A stretch of DNA of 64,000 nucleotides from Eledone cirrhosa (taxonomy: Eukaryota): contig OZ024742.1 in NCBI GenBank assembly GCA_964016885.1, positions 72,478,001-72,542,000 on the forward strand. The letters are read 5' to 3'. The translations under genes were made by a program, and so were the position numbers. Below are positions 13,814-25,302 of the stretch, in pieces (within the stretch, counting starts at the first letter, position 1; each line of letters opens with the position of its first letter). The notes below the pieces were generated by a model. It was not told where the DNA came from. It ran no database searches and was given only the letters and a program-made list of their open reading frames with translations.

Positions 13814-14512
13814 GGTGGTGGATTGGCAGAATTGGTAGACTGTTGGTTAATATGCCATTGCATTCTGATTTCAAATCCCACCAAGGTCAATTTTGTCTTT
13901 CATACTTCTAGGGTCAATGAAATAAAGTACTAGTTAAGTATTTGGGTTGATTTAATCAATGTTGCCCTTCCCCCATATTTGTTGACTTTGTACCTAAATT
14001 AGAAATCAATATTTGATAGGTTTTATGGTGGTGAAATGGGTGAATCTGTAAAGTGGCTGATCACATTTCTTGTAGTATTTAGTTATACCTCATTATGTTC
14101 TGAGTTCAAATTCCACTGAAGTTAATTTTGCTTTTCATCTTTCCGGAGTTGATAAAATAAAGTACCATTTCATGTACTATGCTTATCTTTTTTTGTAGGT
14201 GTGAAATATAAGCTATAAGAAAGTTGCAAAAAAAAAAAAATTCCAGTTGTACACTGGTGCCAATCTATAACACTTGGCTGAAAAAATTGCCATTTTGATT
14301 AGATGGAAGACATCATCATTATTATTGGCAGTATCGGTAGAGGGTCGGATGCCATGCTTTGACGCATAGAGTTACGGCCCTTGCCATTCTGAGTTCAAAT
14401 CCTGCCGAGGTTAACTTTGCCTTTCATCCTTACGGGGTCGATAAAATAAAGTACCAGTAATACACTGGGCAATTGCTGGCCTTGTGCCAAAAGTAGAAAC
14501 AATTATTATTAT
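13814..14512 (+). mobile_element. Cluster of three SINE family A copies
   Basis: Copies at ~13814-14010, ~14025-14180 and ~14326-14512. The last is nearly identical to the copy at 56207-56390. Confidence 0.75.
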
Positions 14513-14734
14513 ATTAAAAGAAAATGTTCAAATAATAGAATCGGTGGAATGTCAGAGTAGATGTCTTGAGTTATTTAGTTATATCTGTTATATTCTGAGT
14601 TCTAATTTCTACAAGGTTAACTTTGCCTTTTATTCTTCCAGTGCTGATAACATAAATATCAGTCAAGTAAATTGGAGATACTGGAAAAATCTAAGAACAG
14701 CAAGTATTTTAAAGCCATTTCCCCCACCAAAGCA

Positions 14735-14939
14735 TTTACATTACTCTATATTTTCTATTGTATTTTCATGGTAAACACTTTATTTCACATAATTATCTCA
14801 TTTAATATCGAATTTACGAGATTTTGATATTATTTATTTTGAGAACAATACCTTAACATCAGTATGAGCGGCCAGTTACAGCCAGTTTAAACAGAAAGAG
14901 ATAAGAGTATTCTGGCCGGTTAAAATGCTAAAGGGTTAA
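14735..14939 (+). mobile_element. piggyBac-type MITE family copy
   Basis: Ends AAAATGCTAAAGGGTTAA; body shared with 5837-6020. Confidence 0.65.
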
Positions 14940-15968
14940 TCTTGTGGGCTCCATGACAAACTTCTCCATTTGCCCTATACTCTGCATCCCTCTCACCAGC
15001 TCCCTGTCTTTCATTTCTTCCCCCCTCATCTTTATAAGTGTCTTTCTTGGTCTTCTCCCTCTACTCTATTTCACATTCATTTCCATTATTCCCCTCACCC
15101 AGTCCCTTTCATACCTCCCTGAAGAAACATTAAAAACTGAAAAAAAAAGTAAGCTCTCCACAGTTGAGTTTATATCTTTAAGCAGCTACCTACTGTAAAC
15201 AGTGGCAGCACTATGTAATTGATGAGTGATGGAATACCTACCTATATAATAGACTGGCCTCCTACACAGTGATGTAGCTAGAGTTTGTGCCACATAGAGC
15301 AGCCTTGAGTTTGACCAACCACTAAAAACATAATATAATATATATCAGACACACAAGTGCTATCCTCCTTTATTGTTCAGGATTTACAAATGAAACAAGT
15401 TAATCAAGATATCAAAAAGAAGATGAACTTCACATTACATCAAGGAATGTTAGTGCTTCATTCTAAATCTTTGAGGCAAGCTAAGACAGCATTACTGCCT
15501 GTCATAGTGTGGCTAAGGCACTGGAAAAATCAAGCACCCTTGTGAGCATCACCTAATACTGCAGCAAGGCGAATTGTCAAGGAAAAACACAAGCATTAAA
15601 CATCATTGTCAACAGTGTAGCTTCCCCAAATATCTCAAATGCTACATTCTGAAAAATGTAATTTAGAAATAAATCAGTATTTCAGCAGTTTATTCCAACC
15701 GGCAATGAATGCAGTGACCCCCTCCTCCCACCATGTCTCCACACAAAAGAGGCATAACATCAAGTTCTCTTGAGGGAAGGAAGTTTCAGGAAAAGAACGA
15801 CAGAGGAAGGGGTTATAATTTCTTCTCTCAAGTGATGCAATTTCGCACGGAACAGGATGTTAATATTAGAAAGAAAAAAGAAAAATGCTCCCAGCCATGT
15901 ATTTAAAACTGCATAAGATGTAAACATGTATATAAAAAATGAAACGTGTCAAAATTATTAAAATATTA

Positions 15969-16382
15969 GAAAGTTAGTTTTATTCACAGTTGTATGAATA
16001 ACGTCACAAATGGGAGTGAAAATATAAACATATATAATTTATACAAAGCATATAAATAAATTTACAGTAGAATAACAACAAATATGTTTTAAATATATCC
16101 ATAAATAACATTACAAATGCTTAAATAACATTATAAATTGCTCGCGACTCTTTCAGAAGGATATATTCCTTTAATGTTGCAATATTAAAGAAAATATAAA
16201 GGAAGGGGTGGACAACCGAGCCACCACCAGAGTAAAAGATAGCAGCGTCGTAGGAGTACCGGGAAGCCTCTCTAATGATTTTTTAGGCGATCCAGCACGC
16301 TCGCAGCGTTGCCTCGGGTGATGGCGAGGCTAATGCGCTGGAACAACCAAGCGCCCTCGCGAGATTCGCCAGTTACCTCTAC
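15969..16382 (-). mobile_element. 5'-truncated CRE-clade non-LTR retrotransposon with 12-bp TSD
   Basis: Minus strand reads VEVTGESREGAWLFQRISLAITRGNAASVL, the CRE C-terminal FQRxSxAxxRGNA motif. The 3' UTR ends CAACTGTGAATAAAA, as at ~54257-54270. Direct repeats ATTAAAATATTA at 15957-15968 and 16383-16394. Confidence 0.8.
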
Positions 16383-17024
16383 ATTAAAATATTAATATTA
16401 ACAACTTTTTAGAGCAAATTACTTAAATTTCAAATCGTGGCAGCGTCTACGTAGTTACTTAACCTACTTACAGATAGCAGTCAAAAGAAATCGGACATCC
16501 TGTCTTAAAAAAGAGGGGAAACGCACATAATATAGTTCAAGATATACAAGCACAACAACAATTTTCAGGTATCATTTTTTATCCGGATACCTGAATATCC
16601 TGCGATCCGCCAGACTAGTTAGTATATGTTAAGGGCCAAAAATATAAATTTAAAAACTTGGACTTTCCTATTATCATAGTTACTGTGTAAAGAGAGTGAT
16701 TCCGCCATCGCCATATGTTTGAATTATTATGATAATGATAATCTGGCAAAGTTTTGTACCTGTATATCTGAATAAATAAAAATACGGGTATTGTTTGGCG
16801 AAATGTAATATGCTTGGCATCGGAGAAAGATTCTCAACAAGTGGTGGCGTCAGAAATGAATGCCATATTCACATATATTGCTATCATTTGAAAGATATTT
16901 ATGAAGAGTGTGTAGAAGATTCGCAACTACATTTATTGTCATTGTTTGAAAGATATTTACAAAGAGTGCGTAGAAGTTATAAAAAATCTTTAAGACTCCG
17001 TCAGAACATGATATATATTTTTGA

Positions 17025-17345
17025 AGAGTGGACGAATGGTTAAGAGGTTTGTTTTGCGATCATTCGGTCTCGGGTTCGATTCCACTGCGTGCCATCTAGG
17101 GCAAGTGTCATTTATCATAGCCTCAAGTCGAGCCATACCTCATAAGTCAAACTGGGTAGGTAGAAACTGTTTGAAAGCCCGTCAGATGGACTACCTGCAA
17201 TTCAAAGTGCCAGCCTTGTCACATATTGTGTCATGCTGAAAATACCCGAAAATTACGTTAAGGCTGTGGAACTTACTGGTTAAATTCATTGACAAGCTGT
17301 TCCATTGACCGGACAACTGGAACACATGGTCGGAAGCAACGGAGC
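17025..17345 (+). mobile_element. tRNA-derived SINE family C copy
   Basis: tRNA-like head with GGTTCGATTCC B box and GGGCAAGTGTC body. The CAATTCAAAG..CAGCCTTGTCAC tail is shared with 37945-38400 and 61550-61730. Confidence 0.65.
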
Positions 17346-17666
17346 TCCATTCCAATTTTGAAGAAAAGACATTTTAACGATTTTAAGATATTGGTAAGAG
17401 TTATCTTCCCTGTTTTCAATAAAAATAAATCGAAAATAGTACTATGAATTATTGGCAAACTACTTTTTTCAAATTGTATTGTTTGAGATATATGCGAGGT
17501 AATTGGCTGTTGTCAACGAGGGGTTAACCTAACTAATGTACCAGGTGATGCTTGCAAGGGCTTTTAGCTATTCCAATACTTGCTATCACTATGGGTGACT
17601 TGGCTTAGCACTAAAATTATTAGAAATTTAAGGGTACCTTGTTGTAATGGGTAACTGAATGTTCAT

Positions 17667-17692
17667 ATCTTCTTCTTTTTCTTCTTCTTCTT

Positions 17693-17723
<31 letters not shown>

Positions 17724-17728
17724 TAATG

Positions 17729-17774
<46 letters not shown>

Positions 17775-17775
17775 T
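17667..17775. repeat. (TTC)n followed by (AAT)n microsatellite
   Basis: Directly visible; abuts the 3' end of the Tx1-like LINE. Confidence 0.95.
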
Positions 17776-18027
17776 GGTTTCTTTATTGGCCACAAAGGCT
17801 GACACTAAGAAAAACATTAGGGACGGCACAGAACAGTACAGGATGATACAAAGTGGGTTTTGGTCGTGTAAACAGGTTATAACAAAATTGGGCTAGAAAT
17901 AACAACAAAAATTCCCCCAAAAGAGGGAAACCTCCGAGGGTCACTCGTGGCAAAAACCACACAAAAAGGCCATGGTCACCCTGACCACCAGGGCAAGCGC
18001 CCTCTATCAGTTTTCCCACTCCTCAGT

Positions 18028-21000
18028 CTACAGGCGCATACTCAGAGCGGGCCCGTTCACTCGGACCAGACTCGCCACTTTCACCCACCTTTCAACAAAC
18101 TTACTAGAAGACAGCACTTGCCTCTCCACCTTGATTTTCCTCTTCAAGTGAAACTTGAAAAAGTTCATCAGGGATTGGCCGAAGAGGAAAGTGTTCGTTT
18201 TCAACCCTTTCAACCTTGTCCACCACACAATCTCTTTCGCCATGGCCACCAGGCAGATGCAAACTGCCTGCTCTTCCTCCTCTTTAAAGGAGGATGGCGG
18301 GGCTATCTGCACAATTGACTCAGTCGATAACCGTATCCGTCCTACACGCGACAGCAGCTGTTCGACATAGTTCCACAAGTCAGCAATCCTCGGGCACTGA
18401 ACGAGTGCGTGCAGGACGGTTTCGTCGCTCTGTGCGCATCTCGGACACACTTGGCTGACAGCACCTCCATGCCTGTAGAGCTTATCCCGAACCGGCAACG
18501 CTCCCGGTAGCACTGCTAGGCCAGGGATTTCTGGTAGTTGTCCATAGGCCCCGGTCTAAAAGTTCTCTTGAAGAGAGCGAACAGCTGATCGTCTTCGACG
18601 CCCAGGGTCTCTCCGAGAACGTCATCGCTCTTTCCCTCCACTAACCTTCTATAGAACGCCGAGGTGGATGTTCCACCGATACTAGTGCCCAGCTGGTAGA
18701 GGGCGGTGAGCGCTTGGAGACATTCCAGCTTCCAAGGGCTACCCCTCGGTATTTTCCTGATCCAGGATTGCAGCTCCGTCAAGGAGACGAGTTGGGGAAA
18801 AGCGCGCCTGGCAAACGGCGACCACACCTGTTCACCGTCAAGGAAGCACCAGAGATGTCGCAGCTTCAGCGCATGTTTGCGCATCATCAGCCACGGCATG
18901 CCTAGTCCTCCACGCAACGAGTGTTGACAGCAAATGGATCGTCTGACCATGGGAGCACATCCCTTCACAAAAAGCGGAAGAGAAGACGCTCCATTTTGGT
19001 CAGAGTTGGGCGGGGGCAAGGTACGACGGTCAGGCGGTAGCAGATGACTGACGCTAGGTACGCATTCGCCACCTCCGCCTGACCTTTCAGAGACAGCCTC
19101 CTCTCTGCCCATTTCTGGGTGAGAGAGGCCACCCTACTCGTCACCACGCCCCAGTTTTTCTACATCTGGAAGTCCGGACCGAACCAGACCCCGAGCAATT
19201 TAACCGGTCCTTCCGCCCAGCGCCCCTCGACGCTGTCGGACGGCATGGACTTGCCTCTCCAGGTGCCGAGTTGCAAGCCCACCGACTTTTCCTGGTTTAT
19301 CTTTGTTCCTGTCACCGCTTCGTATTCCTTGAGAGCGGTGCCGAGCATCTGGACGTGTTTGGTGCTCGACACCACCACGGTGACGTCGTCGGCGTAAGCT
19401 GACACGGATCTCCCGCATCCCAGTTCGCGTGGAAACCCTCCTCATCGTCTCCAATTTGTGCTGTAACGGCTTGAGGGCCAGTACGTACAAGAGGGACAAG
19501 AGGGGGCAACTCCGGCGGACCGAGCGCATGATGCTGAAAGGCTGCGACAGGTGACCATTCACCCTCACAATGGAGCAGATGTCGCTGTGCATCGCAGCGA
19601 TCCAGCCCCTAAAAACGGGCCCGAAGCCGGCCGCCTCGAGGACCACAGCCAGGTTCCGATGGTCGACCCTATCAAATGCTTTAGATTGATCCAAGTTGAT
19701 TAGGGTCCCACCCGTGCCAGGTTCCTTAACCTCCCTCTCTATGATGTATTGCATGAGATGGAGGTTGTCGTGGATGGATCTGTCCTGGATGGCGCATGTC
19801 TGCGCCTCTCCCACCAGATCACCGACGACAAGCACCAATCTCTTTGCTAACATCTTGGCCAAAATCTGCGTTTAGCAGAGTTATGGGCCTGAAGTTGTCT
19901 ATAACGTCCTCCTTGTTCGGGTCTTTTCTCAGCAGCGTCACCGCTCCTCGGCTCACGAAACTGGGAAAGCTCCCGTTCTGCTGCGAGTTGCAGTAGACAT
20001 CTGCCATGAGGTCGCCGAACAAGTCTGGCATATACGCATAAAGCTCGTAGGGCAGACCATCCAAACCTGGCGATTTACCCCTCGTGCAGTCAGACATCGC
20101 TTCCCGTATTTCACCTGCTGTTATCGGCTTTTCGCAGCACTGCGTTGCGGTCGTCGAGAGCCGCGGTAGTCCGTCGAGGTATGCACCGAAGTCCATACTC
20201 CGATCCGACCTGCCGCCGCTTCCGAACAATTGAGAAAAGTGCTGTTGAAAAGCCGCACACATCTGCTCGGGTTCGAGCAACATGCGCCCGTTTTGATCAG
20301 GCAAAGACCGAATTGTGGACTTGTTTCCACGTCGCGCCTCCACCATCCGGGCCCATTGAACGGCTTTCGTCCCCTCGTGTCTTAGAGAACGCGCTTTAGC
20401 TCTGACAACGCAGCCTCCATGCTTTGCGTTGAAGAATTGGTCGAGTGCCAATCTTGCCGCAAGCACGTCGGTTGCGATGCCTGTCCTAAACGCCTCTTCT
20501 AGCTTTCTAACTAATTCTCCCTCTATTCTATTTTCCTCTATCACTACTCCTTTGCTAAACCTTATCGATTCTACTCTAATAGCCCTTTTCAGGGTAAACC
20601 ACCACCTGTTGTTGACGATCGCACCCGTCAACGCACGCTTAACTAATTCGCTAATCCGGTCGTTGTAAGCTTTGCGCGCCGGGAACGATGCGTTCAGCTT
20701 CCAGTAGCCGGGCCCTTGCCTATGGAGTCTATCTAAGTCAACTTCACAGATCACAAATTTGTGGTCCGTGTAGTCGACTACTTTAAATTGTAGACAACCT
20801 ACACTAGCCTCATCTGTTTCCCTACAGAATACCCTATCTAAATACAATCTGGATGACCCGATGCGGTTTGCCCATGTCCACATTGGCACATTCAGATAAT
20901 CCAGTCTATACCGGTCAGACAGTTCAAAACGTCTGAGCAGGTTGTTGAGGCTTTTACACCCTCCTGCCCTGTCTACTAGCCCAACATAATTCCAGCGTGC

Positions 21001-21427
21001 ATCCAAGATACCGTTCCAGTCGCCCACTAACACTAAAGAGCGGGACGTTCCAAGAAAGGTCTCTAGACGTCTGAAGAAATCTGGCCGTCCTTTCCCTGTT
21101 GGGGCGTAGACAGCTACTAGCCTGAAAGCATTGCCTTCGCTGCCGGTCACGTCCAGCACCACCGACTTACCTTCTGGGTCGTATGGCGAGATCCAAGCCT
21201 CTCCGAAAAAGCACGGCAATCCCTCCTCCTGATCCCGGACGACTGGGAGCTGCGTATACATCGTAGCCGCCGAAGATCGGTGCGAAGGCTCGTGCTTCGG
21301 ATATTCTGGTCTCGCTGATTGTCACCATATCTATGTTTAGTGATCTGAGGTCATTCAGCAGGTGACCTTGCTTCCAAGATGACCTCAGGCCACGTACATT
21401 TATACTGCCTATTCTAAGTACGGCCAT
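18028..21427 (-). pseudogene. LINE ORF2 (APE endonuclease, reverse transcriptase, C-terminal zinc finger), several frameshifts
   Basis: GSINVRGL..ISETR, VYAP, GDWN, LDRV, TDHK (APE); GPGYWKLN; KSPGLDGLPYE, FRPITLLNAD, LDQSKAFDRVDH, AYADDV (RT); CPRCAQSDETVLHALVQC (zinc finger). Confidence 0.92.
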
Positions 21428-21460
21428 GCTGGATGAGGAAACAGGGTAAGTGAGAAAGGA

Positions 21461-23272
21461 TCACTTACCTTGATCGTGTGGTGAATGGACAGTAGAGCCG
21501 TCCCTTCGGCTGGTCATGGGTGTCTCCAAGATGATATCGGTATATATTCTTTTGCAGAGTGACCCCCTGAAATCTCCAACTGCGTTGGGGAATTTTTGCT
21601 TCAATTGTTTATAGTCTTCCAGTTTAATTTCGACAATTGTAATGTTTTTGGGTAATGTTCTTGGTGTTGGTGGAGTGTGGTAATTTGAGTCTCTAATGTC
21701 TGTGTGCTGTTTTATATGTTCCATTAATCCTTTGTGTATGATATTTATGGCTGTGTACTTTTTTGGGGAGGTGTTGATTTTGTTGCTGTTTTCTTGTTGT
21801 TGCTGTTGGGTGTGTGTGCTTTGTTGTGTGTGCCTTGTTGGTGTTTTTGGTGATGCTGGTGGTGGTGTGGTTGTTGTTGGTGGTGATGCTTGTGGTGGTG
21901 ATGGTGATGGTGGTGGTGTTGCTGCAAGTCTCCTTGCAGCCTTTATCCCTCTTTCTTTACCTTCGCTTTTGAAGGGAGAAGCTGTAGTGTTTTTGCGTTT
22001 GTTCTTTTTGTTGACAACCGTTTTCCACTCCCCAGCCGTGTCCAACTGTGAGAGGTCGGGGAGGGGTATGAGTTCTACCCTCTCATTTGTCTTTGTTGTT
22101 GTTGGTGGTGGTAGTAGTGGAACCTGGTCTGCCGTTCTTGGCACAGGTGCAGCTAGTGCAACTGTTTCTGTTGCTGCAATTGCCGCCGCTGTTTTTGTTG
22201 TCCGTGGCTTTGGTGTGGGTGCCACGGACGTTGTCTTCCTACTTTCTGTAGAAGCTCCCGACTTTTCGCTGACTGCTCTGTTTCTGATGGCAGCGGTTCC
22301 GTCCTTGGAAGGAGAAGGACCTTGCCCTTTGTTATTTTCTGTGGGCAGAAAGTCCTGAAGTGAGACTTCGATCCACAGTTGAAGTACTTTGGGCGCCTTC
22401 CTTCAACAGATATGGGAAGTTGGGAGCCATTCCCGAGGTCTATTACGTCGGGAATAGCGCTGATACAGTCCTGGTCGGTTTGGATGAGCTTCTCCATTCC
22501 AATACCGGACCAGTCCTCTCTCCCCAACTTCTGTACCTGCAGAATGGTTGTTCTATCTTCGATGCCCGCAAGAGCAGACACGACCAGCCAAGGCACGGGT
22601 ACGTAGGGCGGGACCAGGGCCCTGACCTTTGAAATTTTTTCCAGCAGAAAAACGGGACTAACATTATGTCATCATTCCGTAGGGTCCTCAGTGAGTGCGA
22701 TTTTGCTTCCTGGGTGGTAGCAAAAAGGACGTCCATAGTAGCATATTTCTTGTCACGGGTGATGTGGGTTTTCCTTGCCCACACAATTCCCAAGGCCTTC
22801 AGGATTTGGACCTCCGAGGCTTTCTTCACACGACGCGATTTCATGGCAATCGTGCGGTACGACACCGTGCGTCGCTCTTGCCCCTCCAGGAAGTCGGTTG
22901 GTGGTTTCAAGGACACTGAAAATTCAGTTCTGGTTACCACGTGTCTTGCGACCGCCATATGCTCCTCTGTGATCATGACTGTTTCTACGTTGCGAGTCAC
23001 CTTTGCAAAAGAGATGGTCCCTTTTTCAGTGGCGTCATTGTTGCCGCCGCTACTGCTGCTACTGGTCTTGTTGTTGGTGCTGTTGTTGTTGGTGTTGATG
23101 CTGCTGCTGCTGCTGCTGCTGCTACTGCTACCACAGGTGTTATTGTTAATTCTGCCGCTGCTGCTGCTACTGCTACCACAGGTGTTTTTGTTAATACTGC
23201 CGCTGCTGCTGCTATCTCCTTTGTTGTCAAATGCATCAGCAGCAGGGTTAAATACCGATTAATTTCGATCAC
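21461..23272 (-). pseudogene. LINE ORF1 (gag-like, CCHC knuckle), frameshifted
   Basis: Overlapping ORF pieces 22997-23272, 22443-23000, 22153-22596 and 21461-22225. Contains VEGRRPKYFNCGSKSHFRTFCP (decayed CX2CX4HX4C) and GEWKTVVNKKNKRK. Confidence 0.75.
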
Positions 23273-23419
23273 TTCAAAAGAAGCGGGGCGTGTTTAAACA
23301 CAAAACAATATAATTTTTTAGAAATAAGTTCGCAATAAAAACTTTTCAAAAATCACAAACTTACGGGAACAAAATTTCCTGCGACGTGTATACTTCTTCA
23401 ATAATAATAATAATTATTA

Positions 23420-23575
23420 TTATTTCTTATATAGGCACAAGGCCAGCAATTTTGGGGAAGGGGAAAGTCGATTAGCGAGTTAACCTTGGCTGGATTTGAA
23501 CTCAGACCATAAAGAGCAGTAACTCTTTGCTGTAAAGCAATGCGTCTGACCCTCTACCAATACTGCCAATCCACT
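23420..23575 (-). mobile_element. SINE family A copy between the two LINE copies
   Basis: GGCACAAGGCCAGCAATT...GGATTTGAACTCAGA...TACTGCCAATCCAC. Confidence 0.8.
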
Positions 23576-23588
23576 GTAATAATAATGC

Positions 23589-24505
23589 TTTCTTTATTAA
23601 CCACAAGGGTTTACATAAAGTAGACATTAAGGACAGTACAGGACAATACAGGACGGTACAAATGGGCATTTCTGCGTGTAAAAAAAAACAGACGATGTAA
23701 TAAAAAAATAACAATGAAAAATTCCCCAATAGGAGGGAGACTTCCGAGGGACATTTGTGGAGAAAGCCCATTAAAAGGCCACAGTGACCCTGACCACCAG
23801 GGCAAGTGCCCTCTCCCAGTTTTCCACCTTTAATTTACAGACAGATACTCAGAGTAGGCCCATTCACACGGGCCATACTTGCTTCTCTCACCCATCTTTC
23901 ACCAAAATGCTGGGAAGAGAGCACTTCCCTCTCTACCCTGATTTTCTTTTTCAAATGAAATTTGAAAAAGTTAATCAGGGCATCACCGAAGAGGTAAGTG
24001 CTCGTCTTCAGCCCTTTCAAACGTGTCCACCATACTATCTCTTTCACCATGGCCACCAGACAGATAAAACTTGCTCACCTTCCCGGCTAAAGGAAGAGGG
24101 CGGGCAATCCTCACGATGGACTCAGCTGATAGCTGGATCTGTCCTACACGTGACAGCAGGTGTTCGACATAAACCCACAAGTCAGCAATGCTCGGACACT
24201 GGACGAGTGCGTGCAGGACGGTTTCGTCGCCCTGCGCGCATCTCGGACATGCCCGGCTGACGGCACCTCCATGCCTGTAGAGTTTATCCCGAACTGGCAA
24301 AGCTCTTCGGTAGCACTGCCAGGCCAGGGATTTCTGGAAGTTGTCCATAGGTCCCGGCCCGAAAGTCCTTCCGAAGAGATTGGCTAGTTGATTTTCGTCG
24401 ACGCCTAGAGTTTCTCCAAGTACGTCGTCGCTCTTCCCCTCCACTAATCCTCTATAGAACGCCAAGGTGGAGTTTCCACCGATCACATTGCCCGATTGGT
24501 CGAGG
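23589..24505 (-). mobile_element. 5'-truncated Tx1-like LINE, related subfamily
   Basis: FYRGLVEGKSDDVLGETLGV...CPRCAQGDETVLHALVQC...NGPTLSICL is collinear with 18028-18700 and has the same AATAAAGAAA 3' end. Confidence 0.9.
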
Positions 24506-25302
24506 AAAACAGAAATGACGGGCGACAGGAGTATTCAAACCGAGTTGTATGTCCCTCAAATGTTCGGCCAAATGGTCCGCCATAGGGCGTCCCGTTTGTC
24601 CAATATATAAAGACCCGCAAAGGGAAAACCGGAGGGCATAGAAAACGCGGATGGATGTGTAGGTGAAGGAATGGCGGATACGGAAAGACCCGTTAGGGCC
24701 TGTAAGAGTGGTGAGGGTGGAAATAAAGGGACAAGTGTTGCAGCGGGAATGGGAACAAGGATGAGAGCCGGGTGGAGTCGTGGGAGAGGAGGAAAAAGAA
24801 CTGCGAACCAGGAGGTCGCGGAGGTTTCGGGCGCGCTTAACAGCAGTAATGGATGGGCTTGGAAAAAGCGAGAAGTGACGGGGTCAGAAGAGAGGATACG
24901 GAAGGAATGGAGGATATGTCACGGGCGCGGGTGAGAGCAGCTTGGATCAAGGTGGGGGGTTATCCACGCTGGATGAAGCAGGAAGCCATGCGAAGGGAAT
25001 GGGTTTTGAAATCGTCGTCCTGGTTACAGAGTCGACGAAGATGGAGGAATTGGGAATAGGCTAATGGAGTGTTTGGTGTGGGTTGGATGAGAGGAGGTGA
25101 AGTCGAGATAAGATTGGGAGTCTGTTGGTTTAATGTAGATGGAAGTAGAGAGGGTGTGGTGAGAGTGATTAATAGATAGAGAGATATCTAGAAAAGCGAC
25201 AGAAGAATCGGAGACAGCGGTGGTGAAATTGAGAGCAGGATGGAAAGATTGGACAAAAGAAAGAAAACAGTCGAGCTGTTCTCGTGATAGAGAAGTGGCG
25301 AC
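24500..25302 (-). mobile_element. Penelope-like element fragment (RT C-terminus plus GIY-YIG endonuclease)
   Basis: Manual minus-strand translation gives VQSFHPALNFT..VAFLDISL..IYIKPTDSQSYLDFTSSHP..SQFLHLRRLC..FIQRG and VFYALRFSLCGSLYIGQTGRPMADHLAEHLRDI..TPVARHF. Confidence 0.85.

Larger units (their letters stand above)
17778..23397 (-). mobile_element. Near full-length Tx1/L1-clade LINE, degenerate
   Basis: 5' UTR, ORF1 with zinc knuckle, ORF2 (APE-RT-zinc finger) and a 3' UTR ending AATAAAGAAA plus (ATT)n. The 5' boundary is approximate. Confidence 0.88.

Noticed and set aside
15858-16403. TGTTAATATTA...TAATATTAACA inverted ends suggesting a solo LTR
   Set aside because: No matching TSD. 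The interior is explained by a CRE 3' fragment with its own 12-bp TSD, and the match is AT-rich chance.
21429-21468. 40-nt GT-AG intron that might fuse LINE ORF1 to ORF2
   Set aside because: Removing it shifts the frame (CAA GCA TGG CCG TAC TTA GAA TAG) and gives no fusion; it is also very short.
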